This document shows, piece after piece, positions 55,858-64,000 of a stretch of DNA of 64,000 nucleotides. The translations under genes and the position numbers were made by a program. Position 1 is the first letter of the stretch, and each line of letters starts with the position of its first letter. The notes below the pieces were generated by a model. That model did not search any database, had not been told where the DNA came from, and worked only from the letters and a program-made list of their open reading frames with translations. The stretch is from a virus (lineage: Duplodnaviria; Heunggongvirae; Uroviricota; Caudoviricetes), in IMG/VR virus record IMGVR_UViG_3300042922_000270. One strand, 5' to 3'.

Positions 55858-57600
55858 ATGGCCAATAACAAGCTTCCCAAGGACAAGAGACAGGTAAAGT
55901 ACCCTAAGGGTATGCCCATCTGTCGAGTCTTCGTATACAGAACTAACAAGAATAACCCTACCAATCCAGACTCACTACCAGTTCATCAACATGCTCCACT
56001 AGCCTCAGGGGATACTCCCTGGTATTGCGTACTAGGCTGGTCTAAAGATTTAGCACCAGATGCAGAGTCGTTAAAGAACAAGATGTATACCATTGATGAG
56101 ACCTGCAAAGCAGCTCTACTCAAGGGACGTTCTGATCCAAGACAATGGGAAGTGATGTCTGCCAAGGTTAACCTAGTGCGTGCCTGGTCATGTTCAATGG
56201 CCACTGTACAGATCGCTAGACCCTACGATCGTGATGACAATGCCTATAGTCCCCCTATCCGTCCTGAGGATGTTATCGTCATTGAGATGGGCTATACAGA
56301 TAGTATGATCTCTAAGAAGGCTAGATACGATCAGGTCTTCTATGGCATCGTCGATAACGTTAAAGAGCGTGGCGGTAGTGGAGACAATGACGGTATCACA
56401 GTAACTGTTACCGCTAGAGATGCTATGAGATATCTTGTAGATAATAAGATTAGAGGTCAGATTCTATTGGCCGATGCCGCAGGCACTAACAGAGCTGAGA
56501 TTATCAAGAAGCTCATCTATAGAGGCTCCGCTATCAACTATGTTAAGTGGACCAAGAATACTGCTATTCACACCGACCCAGCACTCAAGGAAGCTTATCC
56601 TGATGGACTCAAGGTAGGCGAGAAGGCAGGTAGTACTAGAGCCGATGGTGACCTCCTAGTGCCAGAAGACTTTGGACCCAACAACAGCTATCTAAGATTA
56701 GGTGTTATTGAGAAGTCTAGACGAGCAGATATTAAGCCTGCTGACAAGAATGCAGGTAACCAAACCATTATTATCATGGACAGGTTCCCTCTAGACATAA
56801 TCAAGCATTACTCACTTATTGAGACCGCTCCTAGAGAACTATACGCTGACCATCGTACAGGAACCATCAACTGGATGTTCAGACGTACTGATGCTCGTAA
56901 ACTACTGGCTACTAAGGACCAAGAGGCAAACAAGGAGAACCCTGCAGACCTAGCTAAGGTAGAGGCGAGACAATACTTCTATCGTAGACCGGGTAATAGA
57001 GCAAACGTAATCTCCTACACCAACGAATGGACTACCATAGGTTCAGTTAGTCACTTCTCTATTACTACTCCGCAAGCGTTTAACTCTGGAGCTAAGCCTA
57101 CTAAAGAACTGTATGTAGAGTCTCCCATTGCTCTATTTGATGATCCTCACGAGAATGATCTAAAAGGTAAGCCAGAGAAGCTTCGTAAGTTCACTCGTAA
57201 TCGTTATGTATACGACGAGACCACACTAGGCAATGATGGAGCTGAGCAGGTAGCTCTCGCACTATTCGCTACTTGGGGTAGGGACATTCAGACAGGTATG
57301 GTACACGTACCTGGAGACCCTACACTAGAGATTGGTGAAGCTGTGCAGCTATTTAATATGGGCCTATTCGGTATGCGTTATGACCCTAAGGCTAACGACC
57401 CGAAGTCAAAAGCAGTAACCTATGGACCTGAAGGCATTCATAGGGTAGAATCAGTAAGTCACATGTTCGCAGCAGGTGGTCCAAGTAAAGGATACACTAC
57501 GGTGTTCTCCTTCGGTCCTTGCGATCCCCCGATGGGTGAAGCTGAAAGCAGACGCCTCATCGAGACGGACGAACAGTGGAAGGCTATTAAAGGTTTTTAA
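55858..57600 (+). CDS. Baseplate hub protein (gpD / gp44-like)
   Basis: IEMGY, VFYGIVD, VTARD, VPGDPTLEIGEAV, RVESVSH. Confidence 0.8.
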   Translation: MANNKLPKDKRQVKYPKGMPICRVFVYRTNKNNPTNPDSLPVHQHAPLASGDTPWYCVLGWSKDLAPDAESLKNKMYTIDETCKAALLKGRSDPRQWEVMSAKVNLVRAWSCSMATVQIARPYDRDDNAYSPPIRPEDVIVIEMGYTDSMISKKARYDQVFYGIVDNVKERGGSGDNDGITVTVTARDAMRYLVDNKIRGQILLADAAGTNRAEIIKKLIYRGSAINYVKWTKNTAIHTDPALKEAYPDGLKVGEKAGSTRADGDLLVPEDFGPNNSYLRLGVIEKSRRADIKPADKNAGNQTIIIMDRFPLDIIKHYSLIETAPRELYADHRTGTINWMFRRTDARKLLATKDQEANKENPADLAKVEARQYFYRRPGNRANVISYTNEWTTIGSVSHFSITTPQAFNSGAKPTKELYVESPIALFDDPHENDLKGKPEKLRKFTRNRYVYDETTLGNDGAEQVALALFATWGRDIQTGMVHVPGDPTLEIGEAVQLFNMGLFGMRYDPKANDPKSKAVTYGPEGIHRVESVSHMFAAGGPSKGYTTVFSFGPCDPPMGEAESRRLIETDEQWKAIKGF

Positions 57601-57602
57601 GA

Positions 57603-58205
57603 ATGATATTTGATTCACTTTGGGGTCACCTCAATGACCCCTTCAAAGATAGTCCTAATGGACTACTAGACGCCAAGAAGGCTAATGTAAGTCTAGAACT
57701 AGCTAAGGTTGAGAAGTACTATCCTGAGCTTAACGAAGCTGATGTTACTGTACTCAGTGCGGGTCTAGGTGATACTCCCGCTCGTATGTTGGTCCAGGTT
57801 CACTACCAAGGAGATACTCCAGGTACAGGTGAAACATATGCGTTTCACAAAGGTCAGTTAGTTATCGTAGCCTTCCTAGGTGGTATCTCTGATGGTTTCG
57901 GCCATCAGGGTATTATCCTAGGAACTCTAGCTACCCGTAACGACCACTTCTCCCCTAAGCACCCCATGATTACCCAGGCTGACAGTATTACACGTACTAC
58001 TGTTGACCCTGGTGTAGATGGAGAAGGTAATGTAACTGTAGTAGAGAAAGATAAGGTCTCTAAGGTTACTGTAAATGATGTACACCATGAGAAGTATGGT
58101 TCAGAATCAGAATCACATGGTGGCCCTGTTAAGACCTACACAGAAAAGATGACCCAACAAACAGCCAGTGTCTTCAAGAACTCTGGCGGAGGTATTCCAG
58201 TCTAA
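57603..58205 (+). CDS. Baseplate spike (gpV-like OB fold)
   Basis: LAKVEKY...KGQLVIVAFLGG...IILG. Confidence 0.7.
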   Translation: MIFDSLWGHLNDPFKDSPNGLLDAKKANVSLELAKVEKYYPELNEADVTVLSAGLGDTPARMLVQVHYQGDTPGTGETYAFHKGQLVIVAFLGGISDGFGHQGIILGTLATRNDHFSPKHPMITQADSITRTTVDPGVDGEGNVTVVEKDKVSKVTVNDVHHEKYGSESESHGGPVKTYTEKMTQQTASVFKNSGGGIPV

Positions 58206-60910
58206 TGTCATTCTGCGATCCTAAAGATATTGATGACTTCTTCCTAAGTCTTCCAGAACAGCAAGCGTATGCGGACGTCAGACCCACTGTACCTGATACC
58301 CCATTTATTGCTCCCCCTAAGCCACCCGTCCCTGGTAACCAGATGGCGGCTATACAAGCGCGCACTGATGCAGACAAAGCTCAAGCTAAGAATGGCTTTG
58401 ATAAGTTCATGATTGACCTTAGGTCTACTTATGAGAAGAGCAAGAATGTAGGTGACGGTATTAACCTAGCTTCTCAGGCCATCGCTAGAATAGGTACTAT
58501 GGGAAGTGGCGGTGACAGAAGCACTGATACTAAGAAAGCTGCTGCCATGGCCAATGATTATAAGATCATGCAGGGAGCAGTTAAAGACCTAGAGACTTTA
58601 CTTCTACAAGGGGCCATTAACCTAGATTGGCTAAGTCCTGATATGTATAGACAGATCAAGGACATTGAGAAGAACATGGCCCCGTTTGTGGATTTCACTA
58701 ACAATGCTTTCACCGCTGTGGGACCTTTCCTGGACCTAAGAGATCCAGATACTGGAACTATGTCTATAGATAAGCTTACTGCAGCTCTAACGGGTCCTGG
58801 ACTTACTGCTGCTATGGCCAACATAGAAACTATGATTGTTGGTGCCTTTGGCGAAGACATGTCTAAGTTTGCTAGAGGCATGGCTAATCAGTTCCAGAAC
58901 ATACAGAACAAGATTGCTGCTGCTCAGTTGTTTGTTAACAGTAAGGCTGACTACCTTGTGGGCCTCACTAACATTGCCGACTCTATGTTGACCGCTTCAG
59001 GCGAACTAGTTATCGGAATCTGTCTAATGATTCCCGGTATCCTAGCTCTTGTTAGGTCGGCTTGGGAGTGGATCACTCACATCAAGTTTAATGGACTTAA
59101 CTTAGCTCTAAACTTATCATTCAAGTTTGATTGGCCTTCTGTTGACCTATCGGCTCTATGGAAGTGGCCTAGTCTGGACGCTCTTAAGAGAGTCGGAGCT
59201 AACCTAAAGAATGTAATGGGTAAGCAGCAGAAGCTATGGGAAGGCGCTGGAGTAGCCTGTGACCCACAGAAACTAGGAGTTGGCTGGAATGGCGTAGCTC
59301 CAGACTTTGCTGAACTATCCAAGAAGATGGGAGAGGTAGGCACAAGAGCGGCCCTTATTACCAGTGGCCAGGCTAAAGAAGGAATCAAGAAGCTAGACCT
59401 AGAGTCAGCTGCTAAGATGAAGGTAACTGACACACTCTGGAATCAGGGTGGTTCTATCCTTCCGATTGCCCCTGCAAGAGTTAACCCTCCTGCTGGATCC
59501 CCTTTGGCTGCCATGAATGGAGGCAGCACTCCTGTTGGTGATCCTACTGTCCTGAATCTACCTAATGGTTACACAACTATGAATAGTCAGAACGCTATGG
59601 CCATGCACCCAACAGAGGGCCTTCCTGTGCCCCCTGACCCTGCTGGACATCTCTCTAATGAGATTGCCAACGTAGCAGACTTGATAGCCTTTACGAGGTC
59701 AGGAATGGTCTCTGCTGAGGCCACCCGTGATATCGGTCTAGCTATTAAGATTCTTGCTCAACCTAAGGGAGCTGCAACAGATAAAGATATCAAGAAAGCA
59801 GTGAAGGTACTATTAAAAGCTACCCGCAGATTAAGAGCAGTTAAGAATAACCAGTTCATGTCTGATGGAGGGGAACTGGCTCCAGTAGCTAGAGATTATT
59901 ATGCTTGTGGAGTTAAATCTACTAAGGGCTACAAGGTTCAGTCACTTGAGGATGCTTCTGAAAGACTAGCCTCAACAGCTAACCAGGCTCCGGGGCTAAA
60001 CGGTTCACTGATGTCTATTGCTAGTATCAATAACCCTAATGCGTTCAAGACGGATGCCAACTCAGCATTCGATCCAGCTAAGGAAGAGGCCAAATACCAA
60101 CAGGCTATCACTGCCTCATCTGCAGCTATGGCAGAGCTAGATAAATCATCATCTATTACGGAGACACTAGACTCACTTATCGAAAGACTACCTACTGAAG
60201 CTTTCCCGCCCACATACCACGACGCAGAGTATAGAACATTCTTAGGTACCCTTCTCAATGCTTCTAACGAAGAGCCAGAGAAGCTACCCTTATACATGGC
60301 ATGTAATAGTTTCACCCAGAAGAAGTACCTAGACGACCTATTAGCTCTCCAGAAGCTCTTAAGTGACATTGACCCTAAGGTATCAGATGGACTCTACGAG
60401 AAGGCTTTCATGCAGGGTCTTCTAGATGATAACTCCTACACCTACCTATCTATTGGTAAGAAGGTACTAGAAGCCTTTAGTCAGAAGACTCTTGAGGAAC
60501 ACCTAGTAGACTTCCTATACCATAAGGGTGAGGACATTAGACCTATGCTCAAGTGGCTACAAAGCTCTATGAACCAGAACGTAACCAATCCGCCCCTACC
60601 GCTTAACTTAACTGACGAAGAGAATGCTCTAGCTGCACTAAGCTATGAATTCTGTAATGCTAGGAACAGAGACCTATCTAGTCCCTTTATCGATCTCAGA
60701 ATAGCTTGTGACGATGTTGGAGGTCCTATGGGCTATGACTTCATTGCTGCTCTAGCTCTAGAAGGTATGATGATGGACGCAGAGAGTAGAACTATTGAAG
60801 GAGAGGACCTAAGTGAGTTCTTCACTAAGCTAAAGAAGATAGCAGAGAAGATGCCCTCAGGTAAGAATGTAACCACTATGATCGATATCATCAGTAAGGG
60901 AGGTAACTAA
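58205..60910 (+). CDS. Large helical baseplate-module protein of unknown function
   Basis: 901 aa, TAATG coupled on both sides, one hydrophobic segment. Confidence 0.8.
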   Translation: MSFCDPKDIDDFFLSLPEQQAYADVRPTVPDTPFIAPPKPPVPGNQMAAIQARTDADKAQAKNGFDKFMIDLRSTYEKSKNVGDGINLASQAIARIGTMGSGGDRSTDTKKAAAMANDYKIMQGAVKDLETLLLQGAINLDWLSPDMYRQIKDIEKNMAPFVDFTNNAFTAVGPFLDLRDPDTGTMSIDKLTAALTGPGLTAAMANIETMIVGAFGEDMSKFARGMANQFQNIQNKIAAAQLFVNSKADYLVGLTNIADSMLTASGELVIGICLMIPGILALVRSAWEWITHIKFNGLNLALNLSFKFDWPSVDLSALWKWPSLDALKRVGANLKNVMGKQQKLWEGAGVACDPQKLGVGWNGVAPDFAELSKKMGEVGTRAALITSGQAKEGIKKLDLESAAKMKVTDTLWNQGGSILPIAPARVNPPAGSPLAAMNGGSTPVGDPTVLNLPNGYTTMNSQNAMAMHPTEGLPVPPDPAGHLSNEIANVADLIAFTRSGMVSAEATRDIGLAIKILAQPKGAATDKDIKKAVKVLLKATRRLRAVKNNQFMSDGGELAPVARDYYACGVKSTKGYKVQSLEDASERLASTANQAPGLNGSLMSIASINNPNAFKTDANSAFDPAKEEAKYQQAITASSAAMAELDKSSSITETLDSLIERLPTEAFPPTYHDAEYRTFLGTLLNASNEEPEKLPLYMACNSFTQKKYLDDLLALQKLLSDIDPKVSDGLYEKAFMQGLLDDNSYTYLSIGKKVLEAFSQKTLEEHLVDFLYHKGEDIRPMLKWLQSSMNQNVTNPPLPLNLTDEENALAALSYEFCNARNRDLSSPFIDLRIACDDVGGPMGYDFIAALALEGMMMDAESRTIEGEDLSEFFTKLKKIAEKMPSGKNVTTMIDIISKGGN

Positions 60911-62052
60911 TGGATATTCTATCTATCGGACAGCAACTAGCTATTCCGTCAGCCAAAGAAGCTAAGACTGTTATTAACCAAACAGGTGAATCGTTTGAGC
61001 ATAGCGCCAAGGCTCAAGGAGTTGTGACTAGAGGTACTCCTGAAGAGGTTAGTGGTTCTAGTCTGCAATTCAACCCCGCCAAGGTACAGGAAAGAGAGAA
61101 GTGGGAGATCTATGAGGAGTTTATTCTTAGGTTTAGATCTAAGATGGATTTCTTAACAGAGACCACCCTGGTTGGTAAGGTTACACCCTTTAACGTACTA
61201 CTTGGAACCTCAGGTGCTCCCCTAACTAAGCAACCCCTACTGTCAGTTATCTCTGCTAAGCTCACTGGAGTAATTAGCGGTATTGCTGCTGAGATGTCTG
61301 CTGTACGTGCGCTACAGAAAGACATTATGACTACTGGGTTCAAGATTATCAGGCAATCTGAATCTCTGTTCCAGCAGTTCAAGGGTCTGTTCGTTAGGTC
61401 TGAAAGTGTCATCGACTTCGAGGCACCTATGATCAACTCTACAGCATCGGTAGTTACCCAGAATGGTTACTATATCAATAATAATGCTGACCTTATGGCC
61501 GTTATGTGTAGAGAGGAACTTCACAGGGTTGCTAATGTATTCGGACTAGAGGCTGACTTCCTAACTGCTATAGTTAAGACTGCTGTGCTCATGAAGTCTG
61601 CTGGAGACATCCAGATGGATGCTAATGGAGCCATCACGCTTAGTTCTGTAGGAGACTTCACCATTAAGACTGGTGGTAAGTTTGCTGTAGAGACCATGGG
61701 CGGAGCTAAGATTAGTTCCCTTACTGGTATAGACTTTAAGGCAGGCACTACTATGAACCTTAATGCTGGCTCAGCTATCAGTGCCCAAACGTCTATTCTA
61801 AACTTACATGGTATGGCTTCAGCTAATCTCTTATCTAGTGGTGCTGCTACTGTTGTAGGTTCTGTAGGTGCTATGCCTATGGGTATGGCTCCAGTGCCTC
61901 CGATCGATGCCACCTATGCAGTTCCCCCTGTGCTTATTCCACCTATTGCTATGCTTCCCCCAGACCTCATCAAGAATGATTCTCTAATCAAACCTAGTGA
62001 GACAGTAAGGCAGGCTCAGGGTATGGGTTCCGTTGGTGGACCTATCGTCTAA
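60910..62052 (+). CDS. Spike-like protein with 8-aa beta-helix repeats
   Basis: KSAGDIQM/DANGAITL/SSVGDFTI/KTGGKFAV periodicity. Confidence 0.65.
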   Translation: MDILSIGQQLAIPSAKEAKTVINQTGESFEHSAKAQGVVTRGTPEEVSGSSLQFNPAKVQEREKWEIYEEFILRFRSKMDFLTETTLVGKVTPFNVLLGTSGAPLTKQPLLSVISAKLTGVISGIAAEMSAVRALQKDIMTTGFKIIRQSESLFQQFKGLFVRSESVIDFEAPMINSTASVVTQNGYYINNNADLMAVMCREELHRVANVFGLEADFLTAIVKTAVLMKSAGDIQMDANGAITLSSVGDFTIKTGGKFAVETMGGAKISSLTGIDFKAGTTMNLNAGSAISAQTSILNLHGMASANLLSSGAATVVGSVGAMPMGMAPVPPIDATYAVPPVLIPPIAMLPPDLIKNDSLIKPSETVRQAQGMGSVGGPIV

Positions 62053-62096
62053 AGATTACACAGAAATTACTTATAGATTATAGTTAGGATAGTAAG

Positions 62097-62573
62097 ATGG
62101 CTGACAATTTTGATATCAACTCACAGAGTCAAGTAGTAAACCTTGGCGCAGATATACTCATTAAGAAGGGTGATCTGGACATAACTCCTACAGGAGACAT
62201 CGGTACTGTCATAAGTACAGATAACCTCCAGCAAGCTATTAAGCGTAGGATCTTTACCCCTCAGGGGTTACTTGGTCGTAGGATTCTAGACCCCTATGTC
62301 TTATACACCGTTACAGATGAATACGGTAATGGTGCTCACAGGTTCTTGTCTGAGCCGTTGTCTGCTAGCCTTCTAGCTCAGATTAAGGACTCTATCATAG
62401 ACTGCTTAGCCCAGGAGCCTAGGATAGAAGTGATTGATGTAACTCCAACTATTGAGACCAATGCAGAAGGACTAGTCTTTATTAACTTAGTTGCTGAGTA
62501 TAATATTATTGGCGCTAACACTACAGATAACCTTGTTATCAACTTCAATCCGAACACCGGTACCATCACCTAG
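62097..62573 (+). CDS. Baseplate wedge protein (gp25 / gpW-like)
   Basis: NLQQAIKRRIFTPQG...YG...QEPRIEV. Confidence 0.85.
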   Translation: MADNFDINSQSQVVNLGADILIKKGDLDITPTGDIGTVISTDNLQQAIKRRIFTPQGLLGRRILDPYVLYTVTDEYGNGAHRFLSEPLSASLLAQIKDSIIDCLAQEPRIEVIDVTPTIETNAEGLVFINLVAEYNIIGANTTDNLVINFNPNTGTIT

Positions 62574-62581
62574 AGGTAACA

Positions 62582-63679
62582 ATGTCTATAAACTTTAAAT
62601 CATTCACTGAGATCTTCCAGGAGATGGCTGCAGAGCTAGAGTCTCAAGGTTCAGGACTAACTGACCTCAACGAAGGTTCACAGCTCTATGTCTTACTAAG
62701 AGCCTACTCTGCTGCGGTCAGTAACGGGTGGACTGGTCTAGCTGATCTCAAGTCACTCTTCTTTGTGAATAGTAGTCATGGTACTGATCTTGAAGCTAGG
62801 GTGGCTGACTTTGACATGACTAAGAAGCCAGGAGCATTTGCTGCTGGTGTCCTAGCTGCTTATCCGCTTAGTACCGGTCAGTCTGTAACTGTAGGTGACT
62901 ACCTGACTAACTCAGACGGCACCCTTCTATATGAAGTCTTAGAGTCCAAAACTATTGAGAGCCCCTACACTACAGTAGGTGTAGTAGCTACAGATGTAGG
63001 ATTTAAATATAACCTACCTGCTGGTGCTCAGCTCTTCGGAGTAGATGGACTTCTAGGAGACATTAGGTTCGTTGTTGCTACAGACGGAATAGACATCAAT
63101 GGTAAGCCATCAGGAGCTTTATCAGGTGGCGTAGACGCAGAGACAGATGAAGAGCTTAAGTCCAGATTCTCAGCATACCTGAAGTCACTAGCACGCGGTA
63201 CCAGAACAGCTATTGATCAAGCTATCAGGGGCATCAATGGGGTGGGTAATGTAATCATCGAAGAGGCTAAGCCTGCTCCCGGTTGGATCACTGTAACCAT
63301 CGCTGACTCTCTTGGTATCCTAACTCCTCAACTGAAAGAGGAGACTGAGTCAGTGCTCAAGGAGTGGGGACCTGCAGGCATGGGCTACATAATCAAATCT
63401 ATTCTTAAAACTCCGTTTACTATCGAAGTAAACGTATACTGTAAGGATCTAACAGTAGCCAGGTCTCTTATTGAGAATACTGTGACTGCTCAACTTACTG
63501 CTAAGTTCGGTAGTCTTGGTATAGGGGAAGGGTTCAATAGTTCACAGATTATCAACGCTTCCTTCATTCCAGATATCCTACATAAGGTAGAGGTAGTTAC
63601 TCCTACAACTGAACCTACAGTGGCTCCTGGAGAACTGCTAGGTCTAGATAGTGTCAAGGTCAATGTAATCTATGCCTAG
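62582..63679 (+). CDS. Baseplate J-like protein
   Basis: GGVDAETDEELKSRF...ARGT...PAGMG. Confidence 0.9.
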   Translation: MSINFKSFTEIFQEMAAELESQGSGLTDLNEGSQLYVLLRAYSAAVSNGWTGLADLKSLFFVNSSHGTDLEARVADFDMTKKPGAFAAGVLAAYPLSTGQSVTVGDYLTNSDGTLLYEVLESKTIESPYTTVGVVATDVGFKYNLPAGAQLFGVDGLLGDIRFVVATDGIDINGKPSGALSGGVDAETDEELKSRFSAYLKSLARGTRTAIDQAIRGINGVGNVIIEEAKPAPGWITVTIADSLGILTPQLKEETESVLKEWGPAGMGYIIKSILKTPFTIEVNVYCKDLTVARSLIENTVTAQLTAKFGSLGIGEGFNSSQIINASFIPDILHKVEVVTPTTEPTVAPGELLGLDSVKVNVIYA

Positions 63680-64000
63680 AATTAATCCGGGTAAGAGACT
63701 TACCGTTAAAGAGATAACCAAAAACATCCCCATAGGTGAGGGCTGGTTTACTAAAGAAGCTGTGACTAACGGCGAGCTGGGTAAACTAATCAATGCTGTG
63801 TCTTTACCATTAGGTAACCTCCTAAATGAGATTAGTGCTAACAGAACATCTCTCTATCTCAAGCAGGCTACCGGCAGCGACCTAGACCTATGGGGACTGG
63901 ACCTAGCCGTACCTAGAGACTTCGAAGAACCGGACAATGTATACAGAGCTAGACTCTTAAATCAGTTAACTGGTGGAAAACTAACCAAAGAGATTATCAC
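63672..64000 (+). CDS. Baseplate protein (gpI / gp48-like), partial
   Basis: MPRINPG...ATGSDLDLWG...EPDNVYRARL, open to the window end. Confidence 0.75.
   Translation, partial: MPRINPGKRLTVKEITKNIPIGEGWFTKEAVTNGELGKLINAVSLPLGNLLNEISANRTSLYLKQATGSDLDLWGLDLAVPRDFEEPDNVYRARLLNQLTGGKLTKEII

Noticed and set aside
1-64000. Genome-wide stop codon reassignment
   Set aside because: TAA, TAG and TGA all end genes with tight coupling, and gene density is high under the standard code.
43191-64000. Prophage or bacterial contractile injection system
   Set aside because: Portal, protease and capsid genes are present and no host housekeeping genes or integrase are seen; the terminase presumably lies outside the window.

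Overview
This window is part of a large contractile-tailed (myovirus-like) phage genome with three blocks. (1) Bases 1-18.5 kb are mostly minus strand: small genes, 7 canonical tRNAs, a Thg1-like enzyme, an NAD salvage pair (NAMPT plus NMNAT-Nudix), RNase HI, a TctA-like permease, about 20 paralogous ~65-aa 'GDLV...ELVFT' proteins and a cluster of tRNA-like and structured ncRNAs. (2) Bases 18.5-33.2 kb are a leftward, GC3-rich, presumably early block. It contains a 1451-aa divergent two-barrel RNA polymerase candidate. Its intergenic spaces are built from recurring RNA modules with covarying stems: 15 SD-containing GAAAG hairpins, H-type pseudoknots and long RNase III-like hairpins. (3) A 2848-aa minus-strand protein fuses two PLD (HKD) domains to a second two-barrel RNA polymerase (DFDGD) and a hydrophobic C-terminus. 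It is followed by a plus-strand morphogenesis module: portal, Mu-like protease/scaffold, capsid, sheath, two tube paralogues and baseplate. All calls come from reading motifs by eye; no database search or folding computation was run, and the host is unknown.
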